Origin: Enoplolaimus lenunculus
Lineage: Eukaryota
Length of the DNA: 64,000 nucleotides
Assembly (NCBI GenBank): GCA_030248215.1
Contig: JASANG010001409.1
Coordinates: 248,001-312,000, forward strand
Direction: 5' to 3'
Of the stretch, positions 15,001-25,500 are shown piece after piece. The notes beneath the pieces were generated by a model. It worked only from the letters and a program-made list of their open reading frames with translations. It was not told the DNA's origin and ran no database searches. A program made the translations under genes and the position numbers. Position 1 is the stretch's first letter. Each line of letters opens with the position of its first letter.

Positions 15001-18000
15001 CAACATATTTAATATATTGTATTTAAAGAATGCATAATTCAGCTTGATTTGTATCAAAATACAGTTAACATTCAAATCTCAAAAAATTTTCAATCTATAT
15101 TTTGTAATGTTGGAAAGTATAATCATATTCATAAACCTAAGCCTAAGCCTAAGCTAAGCGTTAGCCTAAGGATGAGCCTATTCCTTAGCCTATGCTTAAG
15201 CGTAAGCAAAAAAAATAGTCTAAAGCTTAACCTTACTCCATTGCAATCCTCACAGATAAACGTTCCGCCACTGATCTCTACATGGGCTTCAACATTACAT
15301 AAACCTTGTTTTATAATCATAACTAGGAAGCTGGACAGACAAGGCGTACAACATTAATGCAAGGAACATTGCTCTGCGTCTTTGCCTTATATCCTTTGAG
15401 TTCTTGGCCCGTATTCTCAAATGAATATAGTACCTATCATCAGTTAGTAATAGGTTTCAAACTAACGAACTTGCGCAATTGCAGATCGCAAAATTTACAC
15501 AGTAGCAGAGAATATCGAATGCAATAAAATGTGCTGAATTTCAAACCTCACTATTCCTTGGTTCAAAGGTTACAAGGCCTTTCACCAACTGGTAATAGCT
15601 GCTACACACATTTGAAAATACGGGCTCTTGGCGTAAAGCACTTTGCAGCCACTTATACATAGACATGAAAATTTTGTTCACTGTAAAAAAAGTTACACGA
15701 GTGTCCACATGCGCTTCTTGCCGTATTAGTGTAAATTTGCTAGAAGGTCTTATGATTTTAGATTCACCCAAGGTTAGCGCAACAACAAACGACCTGAAAA
15801 GATATGGACGAGGCGCTGAAAATCAGATGTCAACAAGTTTAATATCAACGAATATTTCTTCAATGCCATCTTCAATGTACGAATTAACAAACAGTCAGCA
15901 AGATACCATTTCTAAGTATGCGTTTAACGAGTCTTTGACTCAAATGTTTAGCAGTGGCGGAGTCAGAAGCAGAGTATAAACTTAAAAAAATTTACAAGCG
16001 CGAACGTGACAGACCAATGTAAAGAACAGGGGCGAAAATGTATTATAAGCATATTCCTAAGTCTAAGCCGAAGCCTAAGCGTAAGAACGAGCCTATTCCT
16101 ATGCGTTAGCCTAGGCGTAAGAATGAGCATAGTCCTAAACCTAAGCCTAAGCCTAAGCGTAAGAATGAGCGTATTCCTAAGCCTAAGCCTAAGCCTAAGC
16201 CCAAGCCTAAGCCTAAGCCTAAGCCTAAGCCCAAACCTAAGCCTAAGCCTAAGCCTAAGCCAAAGCCAAAGCCAGAGCCTAAGCGTAAGAATGAGCGTAT
16301 TCCTAAGCCTAAGCCTAAGCCTAAATCAAGCAAAAAATTTAGTCTAAAGCTTAAGCTTAGTTACTCTAGTCCCACAGAAAAACGTAGCATTGTGCAATTT
16401 TATGCTTTTTAGTTTTGTGACAGTATATATTCGCCTCACATCTGGCTCCGGTTCCTGATCCGACTCCGGCAAGTTTCGTTGACCTCTGGCTATGGCTCCG
16501 GTTCCGGTATTTTTCACCACCGGTTGCACCCTGGTTTACAGTTTTATTTTCTTTCGCTACTGCTGCGTTAGCGACCTCAAAAGTGTTAAGGAAAATTTAA
16601 ACTTAACGAAAAAATCTGCAAAACGCATGTTTTATATTTTTGTAGCAACACAAATTACAGTAATTTTTGCACCAATGTACCTTCTAAAACTTTGCATCTG
16701 AAATTTAAGAACGTATGTGGGGCTTTCCAGCTTTAATAATATAAATTATTTTTAATATCACTGTTTCGTTTCAGACAACTGGACTCAGTGTCAAAACTAC
16801 TCAACGGAAGTGCGTTTGACGAAAATCATCGTTTGAAACGCGAGCGCAGCTTACGAGATATCGCAGCGTTGGCAGCGAACGCTCAAATCATTGCAGCACA
16901 GCAGCAGTCAACCCCCGTGGCACCTTTTATACCCCCAAGCCCTATGGCACCTTTTATACCCCCAAGCCCGTCAACCCCTGTGGCACCTTTTATACCCCCA
17001 AGCCCAAAGCTTTCACCCGTTCCAACGGATATTTCAAAATTGAACTCAATTCAAAAAGCATCGTCTCCAAAATTTGACAGTCCAGCTCGAAATATAAAAT
17101 CACCCAACTTAAACTCTCCACCCCCCTCGCAATCTCATATAACTTCATTTGAACAGCGATTGAACTCAGAGCGAGACTCTGAGATTGGGCACAAATCTGT
17201 TCGAGTTGAAAAAGTAAGATCAGCTGAACGCGTCAATGGCGTAGCGCTAACTCGAGACCAACCATTGCGTCCTGCTCGAAGTATACCGAAACTTGATGAA
17301 ATTGACAGGTATTCAAATCTATTCTTATCTAAATCTAAATTTAAATGTGAACCAAAATCAGGCAATGAGAATTTGGCAAATTAAAAAATTTGCCAAAAAT
17401 TAGACCTTGCTCTAATCAAAGCCTAAACCAAATTTTATACTAATCCATAAATTCTAGCTAAGATGAAGCCCAGTCTGGTGACCTGAATAAGAGGTTACTG
17501 GTAATAAGAACTGGGAGTCAGTATATTCTGCCTGGACCAATGGGAATGTTACTTTTAGGGTCGTAACTGTTGATTAAGCGTATACCTAAGCCTAAGCTTA
17601 AGCGTTGCAAAAGTGTGTTCTTAAGCCTAAACCTAAGCCTACGCCTAAGCAAAAAAATGTAGTCTAGAATGTAAGTCTACTCTTTTACTGACCGACCAGA
17701 AACCGGGACAGTGTCCATAATTAGGGTTAGTAAATGACTAGAGTACAAGACCCCAATTTGGGAGTTCGTAAGTTTAGAAATCTTCATTACCCATGGTATA
17801 TTTATATATTCGTAGAACTATATTTAGTTTTTCAAGTTACAAACCATCTTATAACTTTGTATTCAACGAATTGTTTGGTTCAAAATTTAGCATATTTCTC
17901 GCGTTTGATTGGCTTCTATTTTATGCGCATATTTGGAGATCCGAAGTTGCCACAGTTCGTTTTCGATAAAACCTATTACTAACTGGCGATAGATGCTACG

Positions 18001-18588
18001 ACCCATGCAAAGATCAAGGGCGGAACGTTTTTCTGTGGGACTAAAATAGAATACGCATAAGCTTTAGACTACTTTTTTTGCTTGGTTTAGGCTTAGGCTT
18101 AGAAATATGTTCATTCTTACGCTTAGGCTTAGGCTTAGGCGCAGGCTTAGGCTTAGGCTTAGAAATATGTTCATTCTTACGCTTAGGCTTAGGCGTAGGC
18201 TTAGGCTTAGGCTAAAGAATATGCTCATTCTTACGCTTAGGCTTCGGCGTAGGCTTAAGCGTAGGCTCAGAAATATGTTCATTCTTACGCTTAGGCTTAG
18301 GCGTAGGCTTAGGCTTAGAGTTACGCTTAGGCTTAGGCTTAGGAATAAGCTTATAATACTGTTCCGTCCCGTGTTGTTTACAGTGGCCTATGCTATACAC
18401 ATTTGATTTGTTGTTTCAGCTACACTGCTATTTACACGTACACCCCAGTACATTCGGACGAACTCGAATTAGCTGAAGGGGATACTGTGATGGTGATTGA
18501 AAAATGTGATGACGGTTGGTACATTGGCACTAGTTTGAGATCAGGAAAATTTGGCACATTTCCTGGAAACTACGTTCAGTTATTATAA
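1..18588 (+). CDS. sorb-1: SORBS/CAP/vinexin-family adaptor with three C-terminal SH3 domains (5' end outside window; sorb-1-like)
   Basis: Phase-consistent GT-AG exons: <1-163, 1248-1525, 2601-2698, 2930-3023, 3550-3621, 4225-4308, 5082-5118, 5858-5912, 9721-9788, 10460-10617, 10877-10932, 11657-11727, 12125-12424, 13266-13383, 14299-14538, 14813-14957, 15762-15915, 16775-17308, 18420-18588 (TAA). SH3-1 is [38 protein letters not shown]3-2 is [43 protein letters not shown]3-3 is [49 protein letters not shown], typical of the SORBS terminal SH3. The upstream small exons are less certain than the SH3 exons. Confidence 0.85.
1977..2150. repeat. Foldback/inverted repeat cluster
   Basis: CTTCCAAGCAGCGTTGGTTTTTTCCGGAAA versus TTTCCGGAAAAAACCAACGCTGCTTGGAAG, with a further partial repeat. 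Confidence 0.75.
4773..4972. mobile_element. CACTG-terminated palindromic MITE family 2 (~200 bp)
   Basis: Near-perfect foldback CACTGCAAAAAATGGTGAGTCAAATTGACT..AGTCAATTTGACTCACCATTTTTTGCAGTG with 2-bp TSD (TT). Other copies 18858-19053, 22298-22469, 25264-25478, 43698-43897. Confidence 0.85.
6011..6339. mobile_element. CAAGAG-terminated MITE with 7-bp TSD (P-element-like)
   Basis: TIR CAAGAG(C/T)GGATGAT; TSD GTTTAAG. The copy at 19846-20158 has TSD GTAGAGA/GTAGAGG. Partial copies ~2336-2500, 4601-4770, 58190-58360, 62521-62800. Confidence 0.75.
6413..9100 (+). mobile_element. GC-richer, MITE-free ~2.7-kb insert in a SORBS intron (LTR-retroelement-like remnant)
   Basis: Compositional shift, no nested MITEs, starts near TGT, contains an ATG exon at 7758-7916. 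No TSD or pol ORF seen; boundaries approximate. Confidence 0.45.
9380..9651. mobile_element. TTAA-flanked MITE
   Basis: TTAA|GCCCTATT..GTGCAAGTTTTTG..CAAAAACTTGCACGTGTGAATAGGGC|TTAA. Relatives at ~3920-4196 and 44325-44495. Superfamily (Kolobok, piggyBac or Harbinger) is not resolvable by eye. Confidence 0.7.
12926..12984 (-). mobile_element. Helitron/Helentron-like 5' terminus
   Basis: Minus strand ATCTATATATTAAAGCTGGAACGCCCCACATACGT with internal inverted repeat GCTGGAA/TTCCAGC. Copies at ~1116-1175 and ~16710-16746. Confidence 0.4.
13553..13623 (-). pseudogene. Degenerate tRNA-Gly(CCC)-like relic
   Basis: The minus strand reads TAGCTCAGTGG (A box)..CGCCTCCCAC..GAGACCGGGGATCGAATC (degenerate B box). 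The stems are imperfect. Confidence 0.45.
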
Positions 18589-18616
18589 AAGCGATCAAAC
18601 AATTCTTGGTATTTAT

Positions 18617-18890
18617 ATTGCTTTTAGTACCAAACTTTACGAGTCGTAGTAAAAATGATTGTATGACTGCGTAGCTCAATTGTTGTTGTGCCATATTTGC
18701 ACATTTTTTTGATGCTTATACACTGCAAAAAATGATGAGTCAAATTGACTGTTATTGCTTTTAGTACCAAACTTTACGAGTCGTAGTAAAAATGATTGTA
18801 TGACTGCGTAGCTCAATTGTTGTTGTGCCATATTTGCACATTTTTTTGATGCTTATACACTGCAAAAAATGGTGAGTCAAATTGACTGTT
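18617..18890 (+). repeat. 137-bp direct tandem duplication in the SORBS 3' region
   Basis: 18617-18753 and 18754-18890 are nearly identical, and each ends with the first ~33 bp of a CACTG MITE. Confidence 0.9.
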
Positions 18891-20357
18891 TCCGAAATAG
18901 GATCTACGGGAGTCAAATTCGCCTCCGCCAGAGTCAAACGTGCGACTCAGAGAGTTGAATTTCACACTGACAGAGTCGAGTTTGTCTCAGTCTGTGTAGT
19001 CCAACAGAACCTATTTCGGAGAGAGTCAATTTGACTCACCGTTTTTTGCAGCGTATCAGTGGCGAATTGAAATTTTTTGGCTAGGAAATATTAGCATCGA
19101 TCAGAAGCGTAGTTAGCATTTCCTATCAAGAGAAGTCTACCTTGATCCCGGCTAGTAGGTCTTCTTTGCCACGATAGCGTAGCGATGGAATTATTGTCTG
19201 AAAAGCAGCCGTTCATGGCATATACGCTCTGCTATGGCAAGATACATTTAGTGGCTTAAGTATGTACTTAACTTAGATATTCTTTTAGATACAAGATATC
19301 GATATAATATTGACTCAATACGGATGTTCTTTGACATTTAATAGTTTGTGACTCTTTCAGTTATTCCCTTCGTTCAGCCCCAACTTACGTTCGCCACAAA
19401 TCGTTTCGATTTAAATGATTTTTGCATATTTGAGCATCTCATTAATATTTACTCTACTATAAATAATGAATCATTAGGTCGGCTAATGTTTACTTTGCGA
19501 GGCGTAACAGTAGTATAAGCATATTCCAAAGCCAAAGCCTCAGTGTAACGGTAGGCTTATAAGCAAACCTAAGTCTATGCAAAAAATTACGTTAAAGCTT
19601 AAACTTACTGTATTACAGTACCGCAAAAAAGGGCTTGCAACTTAAAAACATAGAGCATTAGTCCAATCACGACAAAATTATCGTCATTGGACTGAGCTTC
19701 GAAATCCCGGTAAATGATAGTTAAATTACTTAAGTTTTTCACAAAATTATTTTTCGGTCCCAAGAAGAGACCTGGGACATCAATAAAATTTGGATTTCTG
19801 CCAAATTGAAATTTTGAAATTTACGTGTGGAGTGATTAGTAGAGACAAGAGTGGATGATGCACACTTTTACAAGAATATGCAACTGGGTACATTCTGTGT
19901 TGAAAGAAATGTACATGGCACGCGTTGCGTTTTTAGCCAACCCCTCTTTATTTAGAGGGGGTACAAGCTACACGAACCATGACACTTTATGTATCCGGGA
20001 ACAAAAATGATCCGCTTATAGTTTAATTTAGGGTTCGACATGTTACAACGAATCCCCTCTAAACCACGGGTGAGTCGGCCAAAATAGCAACGCCCGATGG
20101 TACATTTTGTACCATGCGGAACTTAAAGAGTTGCGCACTCTTGTATCATGCACTCCTAGTAGAGGTGATGAGAAGCTCAAATGTGCAAAAAACTTCCAAA
20201 ATCCAATCATTATTGCGCGAACAGCAACTGAGGTTTGGCGAATAACCCCGAAAAGACTCTCTAACACCTTACAATCGACCCTCTGGATTCGCCACTGGGC
20301 TGATATGTTGTTTTGATGCAGTGTATGCGTTTAAAATTATTTGTTAATAATCGAACT

Positions 20358-20565
20358 GGTCCATGTATAGAACAGGGCCGGAATAGCAGTATAAGCATAT
20401 TCCTAAACATAAACCTAAGCCTAAGCCTAAGCGTATGGATGAGCCTATTCCTATGCCTATCCCTAAGCCTAAGCCTAAGCCTATGCAAAAAATTAGTCTA
20501 AAGCTTACACTAACTCTATTATAGCCCCTCCGGAAAACTATCCGGCCCTGTTCTATACATGGGCC
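20358..20565 (+). mobile_element. Telomere-repeat MITE, subfamily C (Merlin-like)
   Basis: TIR GG(T/C)CCATGTATAGAACAGGGCCGG; perfect TSD ATCGAACT; internal CCTAAG repeats. Other C copies at about 4339-4530, 10019-10259, 11583-11644, 21939-22148. Confidence 0.88.
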
Positions 20566-22552
20566 ATCGAACTTGCTTAAAAAGTTGTTTGTTGTAAAAT
20601 GTGTGTATCACCTGAGACCAGTTGAAAACAGGCTTTGTTGTTTTTGGAAAACAAACGAATCTACGACAATTCGTCGCCCGACATGTCGTCCTCCCGGTCT
20701 TAAAGCGTATGAATAAATCTAAGCATAATCTTAAGCTTAATGCTAAGCCTGCAAACCTAAACATAATTATCGGTGACGAATTGTCGAGTAAATGAAATTT
20801 CGGATTGCAAGCTGTCAGGCGCCGAGTTATCGGTCGACAAATTGCTCTGATACGATAAAAACTAATAGAGCTAAAGCAGTGTTTAAGTATTAAGTTTTAG
20901 CTTTTTTGAATGTATTCAAAATTTATCACCAGCTGACTATAGGCCATGTAACTTAACACCAAGCGAGCCAGAAGGTTAATATTAGTTTATTTGTGCATAT
21001 AAATGAACCTATTTGCAAGCTCGCTCTTCGTAAACCTATTGTGTACTAATTGGTGATATTAGATGCTATGGACCAATGTTACTTTTTGGGCCGTAACAGT
21101 AGATTAAAGCGTATTACTAAACCTAATCCTAATCATAAGCGTTGCAAAAGTGTATTCCTAAGCCTAAGCCTAAGCCTAAGCGTTGCAAAAGTGTATTCCT
21201 AAGCCTAAGCCTAAGCCTAAGCGTTGCAAAAGCGTGTTCCTAAGCCTAAGCCTAAGCGTTGCAAAAGCGTATTCCTAAGCCTAAGCCTAAGCGTTGCAAA
21301 AGCGTATTCCTAAGCCTAAGCCTAAGCGTTGCAAAAGCGTATTCCTAAGCCTAAGCCTAAGCATAAGCGTTGCAAAAGCGGATTCCTAAGCCTACGCGTA
21401 AGCCTAAGCAAAAACAATGTAGCCTAGAAGGTAAGCCTACTCATTTACAGACCCCTCAGAACTGTGAACGCCCTAAAAGTAACATGGGCCGGTGCAATAC
21501 GCAAATGAGAATACACATTTAGAATTTGAAAATTGAATTTTAGCTAAACTTGGTCATTATCATCTGAACTAAATTAAAGTGTTCCAAAAGTCGTTGAAGT
21601 TGTTCATTCTATATATTATTTTTTAAACTTTTAAATCGTATAAAATTAAAAGAAAACGACAGTCTTTGGTTAGACCACCGGGCACCGAGAATTTCGTGCC
21701 CTTTTGAAATGTTCCACCATGGTACAAAAGTCATCTTCTCCGCTCAAATCGCTCGTGTATGGCTGAAGGCCGTAAAAGTAGCGCAAGCGTATTCCTCAGC
21801 GTAAACTTTAACGTCTAAGCCAACACAATCTAATCCTAAATCTAAGCCTAAATAAAACTTTATCATCGTCAGAGGACAACAAAACTGGTGAGTTTTTGAC
21901 ACTAGTGAGTGGGTATCCGTACAACCTTAAAATAATTGACCGGCAGTAGTATCAGCATATATATTCCTAAGCCTAAGCCTAAGCCTAACTCTAAGCCTAA
22001 GCCTAACCCTAACCCTAAGCGTAAGGATGAGCTTATTCATGTGCCTAAGCCTAAGCCTTAGCGTAAGCAAAAAAGTTAGTCTAAAGCTTAAACTGACTTT
22101 ATTACAGCCCTGCCGGAAAACGATCCGGCCTTGTTCTATACATGGGCGTAGGTGTGGTTGCTGTTGGCTGGACTTATTAGGGTCTAGGTGCACCGCTTGA
22201 ATATGCCGGCGCTTCTCGCTTCACTAGAATATATCAATAATGTAAGCGCTACAATCATTGGGTAATACATCAAAAGCATCTGTCGAATCAAAATCTTCAC
22301 TGTAAACAATAGTGAGCGAAATAGGCTCTTCTAGACTACACAACCTGTGTCAAATTCGACTCCGCCAGAGTCAGACGTGCGACTCACTAAGTCTAATTTG
22401 ACTCAGTTTGTGTAGTCCCGTAGAGCCTATTTCAGAAAGAGTTATTTTGCTTCACCATTTTTTGCAGTGTTGGCTGCAATCTATGGCCAATTAGCAATTA
22501 CTTTTAATTGGCTGGCTGCACTCATTTAAGAATATATTGAAAATTTGTAAAT

Positions 22553-25500
22553 TTAAACACAATTAAATTGTGATTTATCCGTGAGTCGTTGATAATGAAC
22601 TGTTGGAAGGCGCCGATAACTATGCCACGGTGTAGCAGACCACGTTTTACTCCCGCTAGGACTCCAAGTTAAATTATACACGCGTTCCGCTAAACATCGC
22701 AGGGTCGCTGGCTGAAAATCGGCAGAAAATTTGTGAGCTGCGAGTTCTCGTCTACGTCGCAGTCGAGGTAAATCAAGAACACCAAAAATACACGACCCAT
22801 GAGACCATTTTCCACTATGGCAGGGGTGAAATCTGGTGCTGGGCCGTGTTTCGGATCGCTGAGAGGCAGGTATTTGTTTGCTGAGGAACCTCGTTTTTAT
22901 CATAGTGCAAGAACTACAATTACAGTTATGTTTGGCGAAACCCCAACTTTGGTAACGTGAAATGTGAGGTTTTGCGGCGTTAATAGCGTTGAAGTAGTCG
23001 CGACAGATTGCTAAAATCGAAAGCTTAAAATTGAAATTAAAAATAATTTCTAAAATTGAAATAAAAAATATTTCTAAAATTGAAATAAAAATATTACTAA
23101 AATTGAAATTAAAAAATATTACTAAAATCGAAATTAAAAAATATTACTAAAATTGAAATTAAAAAATATTACTAACATTGAAATTTAAACCCACTATCGT
23201 ATCAACAGGGTCGAAGCAGCCACTCCCTGTACCCATATTTCTGGAAGCCACCCCATAGAGGATTCCCCACTCCAACATTTTTTGACACAAAAAATTTGAA
23301 ACATACTTTGATCATCAGATGTGGCCCCTACTGGAAGTTTTAGGGGTCGCCTTAGCCTGCTCCGGCACTAGCATATAAAGCCAGTTACGAATTTTGCAGC
23401 CTGGTTGTGTGGCCCATGTAAAGATCAGTGGCGGAACGTTTTTCTCTGGGACTGCAATAAAGTAAGCTTAAGCTTTAGACTAATTTTTTCGTTTGGCTTA
23501 GGCTTAGGCCTGAGCTTAGGCTTAGGAATAAACTTATTCTTACGCTTACGCTTAGGCTTAGTTTATGAATATGCTTATAGTACTGTTCCGCCCCTGTTCT
23601 TTATATATATACATTGGCTCGTTGTGCCATAAAACTTTTAATAAGAAAGTATTGCGTGAAAAGGTATTTTTTTCTATTTCAAAAAAAGTTCATGGCAACT
23701 ACAATTAATACAAAAATTTGGCAATCAAATGTACCACATGTGTTTGGCACCATGAGTTTGCTAGAACTGACTACTAACCAACCAGCTAAAAAATCTACGG
23801 AATTGTCGATATTTAGTTATCTAGCGATACCTCGATTGCTAATTAATGATAGATGCTATAGACATTTGAGAATATGAATCCAAACCACTATTTAAAGAAA
23901 CTATTTTTACGAAGTGAACCTTGTAAATTTGGGTTTTGAACCAGTGAACGCTGAAGCTCAAAAATTCAGCACATTTTTCGCATAAGATTTGCCCCACTCC
24001 TCCTGGACCAATTTTAAGTGCAACAACTGTAATAGTTTGTGAGTTTAAAAATCTATTACTAACTAATGATAGTTGCTATATACACTTGAAAATATGGACC
24101 TTAATTTGGACAAAAAAGTTAGAAAACGAACCAGGAAAATTGCCAGGCGCATTTAAATGAACGTTGTGAATTAAAGTTGACCAATAAGTTTCATCCGGGA
24201 CCGTAGTACCATTCAAATAAGCCAATAAATCGAGTGCTCGACGATCAGAACGAGCAAATTTCACAAATTCGTGAGTTAAACTCGCTTGAAAGCTTCCTTT
24301 GTACAGCGTAATGTTGTGAGGTGGTACGTTACGAAATCCTGCATTAACCGTCATGTTTCTGAAATATAAAAATTTCAATTTTATTGGCCAACGTACAGAA
24401 CAGGGGCGGCACAGTATTATAAGCATATTTCTAATCGCAATCGTAAGCCTTAGCCTAAGCCTAAGCCTAAGCCTAAGCCTAAGCTTAAGCCTAAGCCTAA
24501 GCCTAAGCCTAAGGCTAAGCGTATGCCTATGCCTAAGCATAAGCGTAAGAATGAGCATATTCCTAAGCCTAAGCCTAAGCCACAGCCTAAGCCTAAGCTT
24601 AAGCCTAAGCCTAAACCAAGCAAAAAATAGTCTAAAGCTTAAAGCTTACTCTATTGCAGTCCCACAGAAAAACTCTCCACCCCTGATTTTTACATGAGCT
24701 ATTTTTTTTCTTTGAAAATCAATTGTTAATTATTGCAGTTTCAACAACAATGCAATATACGTTAATACGTCAGATTTTCTTGGTTACACGATACAATAAA
24801 GTGACTCGTACCCATACTTGCTAGGGTAAAAAGTGTTTTTTAGTTACGCCGAGGCAAAGGTGGTGGCTTGTTATTTTGGAAAACCTTCTAAAAATGTCAA
24901 TTTCAGCAAAAGTTACAAAAAGTAAAATAGTAAAGAGAAACTAGTTAGCGAAGCGAACGTAATGCTGTCGTGGGGGGGCATTAATTGGGGTCGCGCTTTG
25001 CAGATGGGTTAAGGGGAGATGCTGCTCCAACTCAGAGAAGCGCACGAATGGGCACAACAAGAACTGGTTACTGTTGGTTTTTAGCTAAATTAATAAATAA
25101 GGAAATAAGCACAGAATGGATGGCTTAAGGATACAAACTATCATCTAAATCTAATACATTCCAGCGAACTGAAACAAAATCTCAACTGTTCCAAAGGTGT
25201 TGCGAACCTGTGAAAGTTTTCAAAAATGATATTTTGAAATATGCGCGAGGTTGTGACACTGTACACTGCAAAAAATGGTGAGTAAAATTGACTGTCTCCA
25301 AAGTAAGCTTTTCTGGACTACACAAACTGAGTCAAAATTCGGCTCCGCCAGAGTCAACTCACTAAGCGACTCTGTGAGTAGAATTTGACTTTGGCGGAGT
25401 CGAATTTTAACTTAGTTTGTGTAGTCCGGAAAAGGCTATTTCGGAGAGAGTCAGATTGACTCACCATTTCTTGCAGTGTAAGGAACGGAACAAGAGACGG

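Noticed and set aside
16130..16330. True telomere or chromosome-fusion scar
   Set aside because: The tracts are short, internal, bounded by MITE termini and occur in both orientations; no head-to-head fusion junction is present.
17990..18390. Intronic telomerase RNA (template CCTAAGCC)
   Set aside because: The template-like sequence is in a multi-copy TIR element with many tandem hexamers, not a single ~1.5-repeat template in unique sequence.
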